DNA of 64,000 nt from Hypanus sabinus (Eukaryota): assembly GCF_030144855.1 (NCBI RefSeq), contig NC_082736.1, forward strand, positions 4,464,001-4,528,000. The letters run 5' to 3'. How positions within the stretch are numbered: position 1 is the first letter of the stretch; every line of letters starts with the position of its first letter. A program made the translations under genes and the position numbers. The notes under the pieces were generated by a model. It was not told where the DNA came from. It worked only from the letters and a program-made list of their open reading frames with translations, and did not search any database. Shown here in pieces: positions 1-12,680 of the stretch.

Positions 1-814
1 AACTATGTACCTGTGCCTCAGGTTTATCTTTTCATCAACACTCCTCAGGACCCTGCCATTCACTGGGTATGTCCTGACCTGCTTTAAGTTCCCAAAATCC
101 ATCAATGTGGATTTGTCTGACACTGTAACAACACTGCTCTGTTTCTCTGCACTAACGCCCTAGCAATAAATGTCAATGAACCATTCACCTCTGAACCTTG
201 GTCATATATGGTCTTATGAACTCCTCACTGCACCCGTCTCTGTGCAGGCAACTCCTCGATCCCTCTCTATTTCTCTCATTTACAGTTTATCTCCACAGAA
301 GTAGTAGGGAATTTTGATTCCTCTTACCACATGCCATCACACTTAACACATTAAACTCCATTTACCAAGTATCCTACTCACCAGCTTCCCCATATCCTGT
401 TGGAGAGACCAAATGTCCAATCAGAACATGTCCATACCACATTCCCGTCATTGACAATCGTGGATTCCTCACTCTCTGCACCTCCTCCAGGTCATTAATA
501 TCAATAGTAAATAATGGAGAGTCCAGAACAGGTCGCTAGGACACTCCAGTAGTTATGTCATCCCAGCCTGAAACAGACCTGTTATTCTGTCTCAGTATGA
601 TAACCAGTCTTCAGTCAATATTAACACACCTCCTTCCCAGTACTGAGCTCTGGTCTTGTGCACCAGCCTTTCATGTGGCACCTCGGCAAATGGCTCCTGA
701 AAATCCAAAATCACCACTTCTCCAACTTCCCCTGCAAAGTCTCAAATCTCTGGTACGTTTGTCAAACATGACTTAACATTCAGTAACCCAGGTTACAGAG
801 ACAAAAACAGTTTC

Positions 815-1490
815 CAGATGGACAGGGTGGTGACGAGGCTTTTGGAACACCGGCCTTCAGTCAGGGCACCGGATATAGAAGCTGGGATGAAATGGTGCAG
901 TTGTACAACACGTTGGTTTGGCCGCATTTCATAAATAGTGTTTAGTTTTAGTGACCATGCTATACGACAGGCACCATTGAGCTGGAAAGAGTGCAGAGGT
1001 GATTTATGAGCATGTTACTGGATCTCGAAGTACTGATTTGTGGGAAGCATTTTGGATAATTTTCCTTGGAATGTTGGAGAATGAGTGGCGATATTGCAGA
1101 GGTGTATAAAATTGTAAGGGGCCTGAGTTGAGTCAAAGATAACAATGTTTTTGCCAGGGTTGGAGAATCAGGAACTGGAGGGCATTGGTATGAGATGAGA
1201 TTTAATAGGAACCTGAAGGGCAACTTTTCCACATACAGGCTGGTCAGTGTATGGAGTGAGCTGCCGGCGGGGGGGGGGCGGGGGGTGGTTGAGTCAGGTA
1301 TATTAAAAAAGTACTTGGACAGGTAGATGGGAAGGAAAGGTTTTGAAGGATATGGGCTAAGGAGGAGGATAGCCTTGTTCATAATGTGGTGGTGAGGGGG
1401 TTACTGACCACAAGCTCAGATGGGAACTTTGGTCAGCGTGGACCATTTGAGCTGAAGGGCTCGTTTCTGTGCTGTGTGAATCTGACTGTA
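815..1490 (+). mobile_element. CR1 LINE 3' fragment, degenerate
   Basis: Decayed ORF2 C-terminal sequence (LERVQR motif) and a 3' UTR ending in GTTTCTGTGCTGT. Confidence 0.75.
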
Positions 1491-1494
1491 AACC

Positions 1495-2450
1495 CTGTTG
1501 ACTCAGTTCAATCACATTAAACTTTTCTAAATGACTTGTTATTTCTTCACAGATTATAGACTCCAGTAGCTGAAGTGAAGTTAACTGGACTACAGTCACC
1601 TGCTTTTTATCTTCCACCCTTCTTCAACAATGGTTTTCAACTCCACTGGGACCTTTCTGTAACAGTGAGTTTTGACAGACTTCAGTGTCTCTACTTTCTC
1701 TCCAGGCTTCAGTGCCGGTCGTTGGGACCTGGAAATGTTTGCTTTTAGTCCCATTAGTTTCACCCTTGTGTTGGTGATTGTTACACATTATGGCACAATG
1801 TTGAAATGTCACTGTTAGATATCTCTGGAATGTTTGCTGTGTCCCCACTGTGAACACTAATTAAAATTATTGAGTTAACCTATCTGCTTTTTCCTTGTTA
1901 GTTTTAGCTTTTGTCTCATCACTGGTTCCTGGGAAAATCCTGATCCTCGTTTCTACTGCCAACCCTTGCTTCTATTTATGCTCTTTGATTTAATATTTCC
2001 CTTGAACTCCATTGACCACAGAATGTTCTTTGCTCTCTGTGATCCCTCTGTAGAATCGGGATCAATGTCTGCTGACTGTTATGAACAGTCTCCTTAAACA
2101 TTGCCACTGCTCATTACTGACTTGTTCCTGAGCATATTTACCCCATCTGCCCCAGACAACTCCGCTGTCAAGTCTCTGTAATTGCCTTTATTTAGGTTGA
2201 GGACACTGGTTCTGGACCCTGGTGTTCACCCTCAATCTGTGGCCTGGAGTTCTCCCTCATTGTGATCACTTCTTCTGGGATACTTCACCACAAGATCTCT
2301 CTGTAATCCCACCTCATTACACAGATTACATCTGAAATGGCCTGTTCCTGGGTAAAGTCCTGCTGTAAGAAACTGTCTCTGACCACTCCACAAATTCCTC
2401 TTCCACGGTACCAGTTTGATCAGCTTTAATCAACACACAGACTGAAGCAA
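1495..2450 (-). mobile_element. Old CR1-type LINE fragment
   Basis: Decayed ORF2 linker/RT-like sequence, similar to 49345-50860. Confidence 0.55.
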
Positions 2451-3640
2451 ACACGCACAGAATACTGCAGGAACTCAGCAAAGAGTCAACATTTCGGGCT
2501 GAGAACTTTCTTCAGGATTAGAAAGAAAGGGACAAAAGCCAGAATAAGGTGCTGGGGAGAGGGAGGAGGACAAGTGAGTGGGGGCGGGGGTTGTTTTGTG
2601 GAGGGATGATGATGCGAAGACCTGGGTGACAGACAGGAAAGGCAAAGAGATGAAGAGGAAGGAATCCAGTAGGAGAGAACGTTGAACCATGGGATGACAC
2701 GAAGGAGGTGGAGAACCAGAGAGAGTTGATGGGCAAGTCATGACGGTGCATGAGGAGAGGTGAAGGGGGTAAATGGCACCAGAGTGGGGGAAAAGTCAGA
2801 AGAAAAAATAGTAGTTTGGTGAATGTGTGCAAACAGAGAGCAGTGATTTCTGAAATTTGGAGAAATCAATATCAGAATATGAGATGTTGCTCGTCCAACC
2901 TGCAGTTGGCCTCATCGTAGCAGGAGAGGAGGCCATGGACAGACACGTTATTGATGGCCCTCTGCTACGTCAGGGTCGACCATGGATATTGTACCCTCGA
3001 TGTGAAAGTCAATATCCAAGCCAGGGTAGTACGATACGTAAAGCAAGCTGTTGCCCATGCAGGGGCTCCTGCTCTCCATGCAGCTGATGAATCCAGAGCA
3101 ACAGCAGAGACCGGTGGGGTCAGGCACCAATGGTATCACAGGATTGCCAGTCTGCATTGAACATCGGACTGACAGGGAATCCAGCTCTGGATTGTTCCTC
3201 GGGGTTTAATCCCGAAGCCTTCCCCATGAATGGGTCGAGCCACAAGCCAGTAGAGGTTTCAGATCAGAATTTTCCTTCCACTAGATGAGCTGCCAACCGT
3301 GGGTGAAAGCCCCATCTGCCCATAGCAGTTAGTTATATGATGCCAGTAAACCCATTTAGACCCTCCCTGTCACTAGAAAGAGTTCGTCGGGCTTCGTAGC
3401 TAAGCCATATGTAAAAGCCAGGTTGACAGAGGCAATTTGAAGCAGCAATTAATAGGAAGTGACAGCTTGTCCCTATTACTACACCACCACTGGTTAAGAC
3501 ACCTGTAAGGCACAGATATGTCAGTATGTGAATGGGAAATGGAAGTAGAATGCGTTGCCACTGGCAGATTGTGGTTGTTGAAGCTCGCAGAGCAAAGGTA
3601 CTCGATGTTGTGGTACCCCAATCTGCTTCCGATTAAATCT
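2450..3640 (-). mobile_element. Penelope-like element remnant (GIY-YIG C-terminus and terminal repeat), interrupted by an insertion at about 2950-3510
   Basis: ORF 3400-3654 contains RLG..EYL...LPVATH.S.SHSHTDISV, typical of a Penelope GIY-YIG region. Terminal repeat with a degenerate hammerhead at 2484-2519. Confidence 0.7.
2950..3510. mobile_element. Inserted interspersed repeat, probably an RTE-type 5' fragment
   Basis: Splits the Penelope sequence between the near-duplicated flanks ACAGACACGT and ACAGATATGT. Family assignment is tentative. Confidence 0.4.
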
Positions 3641-3789
3641 CTCATGACAATCACAGCTCCATTCTCATCTCTCTTTGATATCTCCCCTTTTGTGCTTTAT
3701 CCCATCGGGAGGAACACCTGAGGATCTTGAGACTACTCTTCCCCGTGTCTTCTTTCCCTCCCCTTTCACCATCACTGTCCCTACATGTA

Positions 3790-5345
3790 AGGTACCTATG
3801 AAAAGTATTCATGCTGCTTTAAAGTTTTCATGTTTTAATGTTTTACAACTTTGAATGACAGTGGATTGAATTTGGCATTTGTTTGACTGATCAAGAGAAA
3901 AAGACTTTTGTGTCAAAGTGAAAACAGATCTCCACAAAGTGCTTTAAATTAATTACAGATATAAAACACAAAATAATTGACTGTATAAATATCCACCCCC
4001 AAATCATCACTGGTACAGTTTTATGAATTACATTATCAGTTAAGTGGAGGTCTCTGTGTGAGTCAAGGTGTTTCAATTGATTGTAGTAAAATACACGACT
4101 GTTGGTAGTCAGTATCCTGGGAGAAACTACACCATAAAAACAAATTAACACTCTGAGCAGCTCTGCAAAAAGGTAATTGAAAAACACAATTCAGGAGACG
4201 GTTACAAGAAAATTTTCAAGTCACTGAATATCCCTTGGAGTACAGTTAAGTCACTCATCCTGAAATGGAAAGAACATGGCAAAGCTGTAAATCTGCCAGG
4301 ATTAGGCCATCCTCAAAAACTGAGTGACTGTGCAAGAAGGGGACGAGTGAGGGAGGCCACCAAGAGACCTATGATAACTCTAGAGAAATCACAATCTTCA
4401 GTGGCTGAGATGGGAGAGACTGTGTATACAACAACTGTTGCCCAGATGCTTCACCTGTCAGAGCTTTATGGGAGAGTGGCAAAGAGAAAGCCATTGTTGA
4501 AAAAAGCTCTCATGAAATCTCACCTGGAGTTTGCCAGAAGACTCTGAAGTCAAATGGAAGAAGGTTCTATAGTCTGATGAAACCAAAATTGACCTTTTTG
4601 GCCATCAGGTTAAACACTTAGTTTGGCGTAAGACAAACACCGCACAGCATCAAAAATACACCATCCCAGCCTGGTGGAGGCTGCATCATGCTGTGGGGCG
4701 TTTTCACTGCAGCAGGCCCTGAAAGGCTCAGAAAAGTAGAGGGTAAAATGAATGCAGCCAAATACAGTGACATCTTGGAGGAAAACCTAATTCAGTCTGC
4801 AAGTGAACTGTGACTTAGGAGAAGATTCATTTTCCAGCAGGAGAATGACCGCAAGTATAAAACCAAAACTGCACAGGAATGACTTAAAACCAAAGTTAAT
4901 GTCCTGGAGTGGCCAAGTCAGAGTCCAGACCTCAATCCAATTGAAAATTTGTGGCTGGACTTGAAAAGATCTGTTCACCCATGAACCACATGCAATCTGA
5001 CAGAGCTTCAGCAGTTTTGTAAAGAAGAATGGGGAAAATTTTCAGTGTCCAGATGTGCAAAGCGCATAGAGACCTGTCCACATAGAGCCAACGGTAATTA
5101 CTGACAAATGTGCGTCAACTTGACTTGAAGGAGGTGAATACCAATGCAATTAAATTATTTTGTGTTTTATATTTGCAGTTAATTAGATCACTTTGTAAAG
5201 ATCTGTTTTTCACTTTGAGACCAGAGAGTCCATTCTGCTGATCAGTGTGGGAAAATAAAGCCAAATTAAATCCACTGTGAATCAACGTTGCAAAACAATA
5301 AACATGAAAACCTCCAAAGGAGACAGAATACTTTTGATGGCACTG
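3790..5345 (+). mobile_element. Tc1/mariner DNA transposon with a defective transposase
   Basis: TA TSDs at 3788-3789 and 5346-5347, imperfect TIRs of about 210 bp, and transposase remnants ([37 protein letters not shown]) with stop codons. Confidence 0.92.
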
Positions 5346-5569
5346 TATCCACCCCTTCACCCGCACGTTATGAACAAATCCACCCTGCTCCTTTCCATTT
5401 TGCTGATTCCGTGTGGAACATTAAACATGTAGGAATGTCAGATTCCCAGTCCAAGTCTCTGTAACCATGTCCCTGCAATAGCTGGTAGATCAAACATATT
5501 CGTCAGTACACAATATGGAACAGATGGCAACCTGCCCTTCAGTCCACAATATCTGCACCAATCATAACA

Positions 5570-6120
5570 GTGTTCAGACTTTATAAAGTACTGGTGAGGT
5601 CTCACTGGAGTATTGTGAGCATTTGTGGGCCTTTTATCTTAGGAAGGATGAGCTGAAACTGGATGTGTTTCAAAGGACATTCTCAAAGTTGACTCCAGGA
5701 TGAAACAGCTCGGCATATGAAGAGCGTTTGATTGCTCTGGGCCTGTACTCACTGGAATTTAGGTCAATGAGGGCTGACCTAATTGAAAGGCCTTGATAAA
5801 GTGGATGTGCGGAGGATGGGAGTGTCTGAGACCAGAGGACGCAGCCTCAGAATAGAGCATTGTAGAATGTGGAGATGAGAAATTTCTTTCGCCAGAGAGT
5901 GGTGAATCTGTGGAATTTGTTGCCTCGGGCGGCTGTGGAGCCAAGACTTTATGTATATTTAAGGCAGAGGTTGGTAGATTCTTGATTGGTCAGATCATGA
6001 AGGGTTACAGGGAGAAGGCAGGAGATTGGGGCTTTGAGGGAAAATGGATTAGCCATGATGAAATGACGGAGCAGATTTGATGGGCCTAATGGCCTAATTC
6101 TGATCCTATATCTTAGAGTC
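5570..6120 (+). mobile_element. CR1 LINE 3' fragment
   Basis: Decayed YKVLVRSHWS / GLYSLE / FSQRVVNLWN-type sequence and 3' UTR. Confidence 0.8.
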
Positions 6121-7607
6121 TGTATCACCTCCTCAGAAACCTCAATCAGCTTTATCAAGTGTGATCTGCCTGCACAAAGCCATGCTGATTGTCCCTGAGC
6201 AGGTCGTGCCTTTCCAAATGAGCATAAACCCTGTACCTCAACTGGAGGGGATCTAAGTGTGGCCTAACCTCCCCAGTAGCTTCTCCACCACTGAAATGAG
6301 GCTGCCTTGCCTATAGATTCCTAGATTCTTGTTATTTCCTTTCTTGATCAAAGCTGCAACATTTGCTACACTCCAGTACTGAGGGACCTCATATGTTGCA
6401 ATTGGGGGCACAGACAGACAGACAGACAGACAGACATACTTTATTAATCCCGAGGGAAACTGGATTTCATTACAGTCGCACCAACCAAGAATAGTGTCGA
6501 AATATAGCAATATAAACCATAAATAAATAATAATAAGTAAATTATGCCAAATGGAAATAAGTCCAGGACCAGTGTATTAGCTCAGGGTGTCTGACAGTCC
6601 GAGGGAGGAGTTGTAAAGTTTGATGGCCACAGGCAGGAATGACTTCCTATGACGTTCAGTGTTGCATCTCTGTGGAATGAGTCTCTGGCTGAATGTACTC
6701 CTGTGCCTAACCCAGGGGTGGGCAAACTTTTTGACTTGTGGGCCACAAAGGGTTCTAAAATTTGACAGGGGGGCCGGACCAGGAGCAGATGGACGGAGTG
6801 TTTTGGTAATACACCTCATAAGAGAAAATAAAATATCATGGGATATGTAGAAAACATGTGCTTTAATTTCAATTGAAAATGAACAAATGCATTACAACAA
6901 AATATCTGTCTTTGAAGTCCCATGGTATTTAGCTATTTATTGAAATGACTTTTAAAACACTGAAAATTAAATGAATAAAATACAGCTTTTTTTAATAGTA
7001 AGTTATTATTTTAAAGCACTGAAAATTCTGTTATCCTTCAAGATATTATCATCATCACTCTCCTCCTGACTGTCTTTATTTCAAAAACGGTTGGAGATGC
7101 AGGTCTACTTGTCCTGCTCCTTCTTATTCAATTGTCCCCTGTGCCAAACCTCAACAACGACCAGCACAAATACAGAACAGTGACTGCGCGCCAGTATGCG
7201 GAGTGCATTATTTGATCTGGAGCACATTTTTTATTTTGAGAACGTACGTGCACCTGCGCACTACTTGTGTCCATCACTTAACAGAAATGACATGTAACAT
7301 GTAAGACTTATTGAAAAAAATATTTTCAAATGCATTTTTTACATAACACAACGAAGAAACTTATTTTTAATTTCAGTGGGAAGAGTGTTGTTGGTCTCCC
7401 TTTTTAGCCAGCGCATCAAAGTCTGGATTTAGTTTTGTTGTGGCAATTCTCAGGATGGATCTGAGGTGTTGGTCAGTTAACTTGGATCTGTGGCTGGCTT
7501 TGTTGATGTTCATGACACTGAACGCCTGTTCACACAAATAGGTCGAGCCGAACAAAGAGTAAAGCGCAAATGTGGAGTAATACGCTGCACCTCAACAAAG
7601 GTCAATG

Positions 7608-7843
7608 TGTAGCGGTGTGCTACATGCAGCGCTAAAATTACAACACGGAGTCGGTAACTGCAGTCGAAGAAAAAAACTTTATTCGAAATCCCCAGCCTCA
7701 CTTTTAAGCCTCCCTCAACCTGCCCCCCGTGGCGCAGAGGCTCCAAAGCTCTGTGCTCGCAAATCTCCGCAGGCTATCTCCCTTAGCCGGAACGCTGGCT
7801 AATTGTGAGCCGGTTCGGATGTGCCAGGAAATGGGTCGCCACA
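7608..7843 (-). mobile_element. Gypsy solo LTR, same family as 25321-25576
   Basis: TGTAGCGG...CGCCACA termini; homologous to the 3' LTR of the Gypsy element. Confidence 0.8.
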
Positions 7844-7844
7844 A

Positions 7845-8988
7845 ATAGACAATAGACAATAGGTGCAGAAGTAGACCATTCGGCCCCTCGAGTCTGCACC
7901 GCCATTCTGAGATCATGGCTGATCATTCACTATCAATACCCAGTCCCTGCCTTGTCCCCATATCCCTTGATTCCCCTATCCATCAGATATCTATCCAGCT
8001 CCTTCTTGAAAGCATCCAGAGAATTGGCCTCCACCGTCTTCCGAGGCAGTGCATTCCACACCTCCACAACTCTCTGGGAGAAGAAGCTCTTCCTCAACTC
8101 TGTTTTAAATAACTGACCTCTTATTCTCAATCCATGCCCTCTGGTACTGGACTCTCCCAACATCTGGAACATATTTCCTGCCTCAATCCTATCAAATCCT
8201 TTAATTATCTTAAACGTTTCAATCAGATCCCCTCTCAATCTCCTCAATTCCAGCGTGTACAAGCCCAATCTCTCCAATCTCTCTGCGTAAGACAGCCCTG
8301 CCATCCCAGGAATCAACCTAGTGAATCTACGCTGCACTTCCTCAATAGCCAGAATGTCCTTCCTTAAACCTGGAGACCAAAACTGTACACAATATTCCAG
8401 GTGTGGTCTCACCAGGGCCCTGTACAAATGCAAAAAGAACATCCTTGCTCTTGTATTCAATTCTCCTTGTAACAAAGGCCAACATTCCATTTGCCCTCTT
8501 CACTGCCTGTTGCACTTGCTCATTCACCTTCATTGACTGGTGAACTAGGACTCCTAGGTCTCTTTGCATTTCTCCCTTACCTAACTCGACACCGTTCAGA
8601 CAATACTCTGCCCTCTTGTTCCAGCTTCCAAAGTGGATAACTTCACATTTATTCACATTGAATGACATCTGCCAAGTATCTGCCCACTCACTCAGCCTAT
8701 CCAAGTCTCCCTCTATTCTCCTAACGTCCTCTTCGCATGTCACACTGCCACCCAGTTTAGTATCGTCAGCAAACTTGCTGATATAGTTTTCAATGCCCTC
8801 ATCTAAATCATTGACATAAATCGTAAAGAGCTGTGGTCCCAATACAGAGCCCTGTGGTACCCCACTAGTCACCTCCAGCCAGTCTGAGAAACACCCATTC
8901 ACTGCTACCCTTTTCTTTCTATCTGCCAACCAGTTTTCTATCCATGTTGAAACCCTGTCCCCAATGCCATGAGCTCTGATTTTACTCA
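7845..8988 (-). mobile_element. Young 5'-truncated CR1 LINE
   Basis: RT ORFs 8342-8989 and 7933-8490 (SGVPQGSVLGP, KFADD, LVRPHLEYC) joined by one frameshift, with a (CTATTGT)n tail. Confidence 0.93.
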
Positions 8989-10420
8989 TATAGAGTGCTC
9001 ATTTTATTTTACTCATATAGAATATATATATATATATATGTATATAGAGTGCGTCATCTATTGGGAAAGCGCCAGAATTGCGGGGGGAAAACGTTAACAA
9101 GGTTTATTAATATAATTTCATCAAGTTCTGCGGGCCGGATTAAAAAGCTTAACAGGCCGCATATGGCCTATGGTAGTTTGCCCATGCCTGGCCTAACCAG
9201 TACATTATGCATTGGATGGGAGACATTATCCAAGATGGCATGCAACTTGGACAGCATCCTCTTTTCAGACACCACCCTCAGAGAGTCCAGTTCCACCCCC
9301 ACAACATCACTGGCCTTACAAATGAGTTTGTTGATTCTATTGGTGTCTGCTACCCTCAGCCTGCTTCCCCAGCACACAACAACAAACATGATAGCACTGG
9401 CCACCACAGACTCGTGGAACATCCTCAGCATCGTCCGGCAGATTTTAAAGGTCCTCATTCTCCTCAGGAAATAGAGACGGCTCTGACCCTTCTTGTAGAC
9501 AGCCTCACTATTCTTCGACCAGTCCAGTTTATTGTCAATTCGTATCCCCAGGTATTTGTAATCCTCCACCATGTCCACACTGACCCCTTGGATGGAAACA
9601 GGGGTCACCGGTGCCTTAGCCCTCCTCAGGTCCACCACCAGCTCCTTAGTCTTTTTCACATTAAACTGCAGATGATTCTGCTCACACCATTTGACAAAGT
9701 TTCCCACCGTAGCCCTGTACTCCACCTCATCTCCCTTGCTGATGCATCCAACTATGGCAGAGTCATCAGAAAACTTCTGAAGTTGGCAAGACTTTGTGCA
9801 GTAGTTGAAGTCCGAGGTGTAGATGGTGATGAGAAAGGGAGACAGGACAGTCCCCTGTGGAGCCCCAGTGCTGCTGACCACTCTGTCTGGCGCACAGTGT
9901 TGTAAGCACTCGTACTGTGGTCTGCCAGTCAGGTAATCAAAAATCCATGACACCAGGGAAGCATCCTCCTGCATCACTGTCAGCTTCTCACCGAGCAGAG
10001 CAGGGCTCAAAAAACATGACCCTCACAGTGCTCGTCGGCTTGTCCAGGTGGGCGTAGACACGGTTCAGCAGTTAGACGATGGCATCCTCAACTCCTAGTC
10101 GGGGCTGGTAGGCGAACGGGAGGGGGTCTAAGTGTGGCCTAACCATAGGCCGGAACTGCCCTAGAACGTCTCTCCAGGGTCTCCTCAACTCCTCCCTATT
10201 TCCATCTCTAAATGCCCTCTTTTTAGCATTCAGGATGTCCTTTATTACCCGTGACTTGTTATTTGAATAACGAAGGACAGTTCTTGCTGGAACATTGCAG
10301 TCCACACAGAAGTTGATGTAACCAGTGATGCACTCTGTGAGCCCATCAATGTCCTCTCCATGTGGCTCACAGAGTGCCTGCCTGTCTGTCACCTCAAAAC
10401 AACTCTGGAGTGTCTCAGAT

Positions 10421-12680
10421 CAGTGGTCCCCAACCACCGGGCTACAGACCGGGACCGGGCCGCAAACGTGTGCTGCCGGGCTGTGAAGAATCATTATGAT
10501 TTGGTGATATGAAACGATATGAGTCAGTTGCACCTTTCCTCATTCCCTGTCACGCCACTGTTGAACTTGAACGCACGCAAGGTCATCAGTCGGTATGAGT
10601 AAAAAACAAACGTCGCTTGAGAGTTTCTTTGGAAGAGGTGGTAGGGGACATAAAAGGCCCAATGATGACGACAACGCAGAGACGGCTGAGGCCAAGACTA
10701 CAAAAAAAAGAAAGCTTCCTTCAACTGAAAATACGACGAGTCGCACATAAAATATGGCATTATTGCGACCGGTGACTCGTATGCTCCAAGCCCCTGTGTG
10801 TGATATGTGGAGACATGCTGTCTAATGAGGCAATGAAGCCCTCAAAACTGCTTCGGCATCTCGAGTCCCAGCTCCCTGCACTTAAAGACAAACCCTTTAA
10901 GTTTTTTGAGTGGAAAAAACGTGAGCAAGCGGGACAGAAGCAAGTGCTGAGAGCCACCACCTCCACAAATGCTGCTGCTCTGAGAACGTCATAGTTAGTG
11001 GCTAGCCGTATTGCTGAGGCTAAGAAGCCTTTCACTGTTGGGGAAGAATTGATTCTGCCTGCTGCCAAGGACATGTGCTGTGAACTGTTGAGAGAAGCTG
11101 CAGCTAACAAGATGGCACAGGTTTCTCTTCCAGCTACCACAGTTTCAAGAAGAATCGATGACAAAGCGGAGGACATCGAAGCATAGATGTTAGAATGGTT
11201 TAATGAGTCACCATGGTATGCTATCCACGTCGACGAGTCTACCAGTGTGACAACAAGGTAACACTGCTGGTTTATGTGCGATATATATTTCAAGACGATG
11301 TGCACGAGGATACGTTGTGCGCAATGCCACCGCCAACTAACACAACTGGGGCAGAACTGTTCAAGTCTTTGAATGACTACATGTTAGGCAAACCGGACTG
11401 GTCATTCTGTGTTGGAATATGCACAGATGGGGCTGCAGCTATGACTGGACGGCTGTCTGGTTTCACTACCCGAGTCAAAGAGGTTGCTCCTGAATGACAG
11501 TCTGCAAACTGTGTCATAAACGGAGATGCTGGCTCGCCGAAAAATGTCACCTGATCTTAACAGTGTATTTAGTGACGTTGTTGAAGTTATCAATCACATC
11601 AAAGTAAAAGCCCTTAACTCACGTCTGTTTGAGCAGCTTTGTGAAGAAATGGATGCAGAGCACAAACGCCTTCTCTTTCACACTGAAGTCAGGTGACTGT
11701 CAAGATGGAGAGCCCTGGCCAAGGTTTTTGAGTTAAGAGAGCAGCTACAGAGATTTCTTTCAGGAAAAACGTCACCACTGGCAGCACACTTGAAGAGGGG
11801 TCGATAGCAAAACTCTCTGATCTGTGTGACATCTTCAACCTGCTCAATGAACTCAATTTGTCACTTCAGGGCAGAATGACAACTATCCATGTCAGCGCGG
11901 GAAGATCAACTCCTCGAGCTTGCAAATGACGGTGGGCTGAAAAATATGTTTGACATAACATCTCTGCCGGCATTCTGGATCAAAGTCAAGGCTGAATATC
12001 CTGAGATTGCCACGACAGCACTGAAAACGTTGCTTCCGTTTCCAACATCATATCCCTGTGAAGCGGGGTTTTCTGCAACAAATGTAACAAAAACTAAATT
12101 GCGGAATAGACTGGATATAAGGAGCAAACACAAGGAAATCTGCAGATGCTGGAAATTCAAACACACACAAAATGCTGGTAGAACACAGCAGGCCAGGCAG
12201 CATCTGTAAGGAGAAGCACTATCAATGTTTCAGGCCGAGACCCTTCATCAGGACATAAGGAACCCCCTTTGAGTATTGCTGTCTCCCATCACCCCTCGAT
12301 GAGACCGCCTTATTGCAGGGAAACAAGCCCAGGCGTCTTACTGATTCACCGATATTGGTGTGTTGCAATGATTTTATATGTTCATACGAGGAAAATATGC
12401 GCTTTGTGTTTAATATCCAAATGTGTTATTGATTTATAAGTGCCCTATAATTGACTTATCACTGTATTCATGGGAGGAAAATATGCACTGTGTGTTTGTT
12501 ATTAAATTCTTTAGATAAACCCTTTTAGAAACAAAATTGAGCCACTTACAAGTGACTTATAGTTTCACCTGCATTCTGTTATATATTAACAAACCCCTAC
12601 CCCTCTCCTCCGCCGGCCGGTCCGCAAGAATATTGTCAATATTAAATGGGTCCGCGGTGGAAACAAAGTTGGGGACCCCG
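10421..12680 (+). mobile_element. hAT (Charlie/Buster-like) transposon with a defective transposase
   Basis: TIRs CAGTGGTCCCCAAC and GTTGGGGACCCCG. Transposase starts MSKKQTSLESFF (about 10596) and includes MKPSKLLRHL, CTDGAAAM and PFPTSYPCEAGFS, with stops and an internal deletion. Confidence 0.92.
12124..12250 (-). mobile_element. Short Penelope-derived insertion within the hAT
   Basis: Terminal-repeat sequence flanked by the duplicated GGAYATAAGGA. Confidence 0.75.

Larger units (their letters stand above)
6713..9190 (-). mobile_element. Internally deleted hAT (Charlie-type) transposon
   Basis: TIRs CAGGGGTGGGCAAACT and CAGGCATGGGCAAACT, 8-bp TSD GCCTAACC (6705-6712 and 9191-9198), and a hAT dimerisation remnant FGSTYLCEQAFS at 7373-7555. 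Confidence 0.92.
6411..10416 (-). mobile_element. Rex1/Babar non-LTR retrotransposon (pieces at 6411-6712 and 9191-10416)
   Basis: RT ORF 9168-10010 (GAPQGTVLSP, KFSDD, KTKELVVD, QSRLYFLRR), with AATAAA and a (TCTG)n tail at 6411-6446. Confidence 0.88.

Noticed and set aside
7373-12209. Domesticated transposase genes (GTF2IRD2-, ZBED- or SCAND3-like)
   Set aside because: The fragments lie within TIR-bounded elements and contain stops and deletions.
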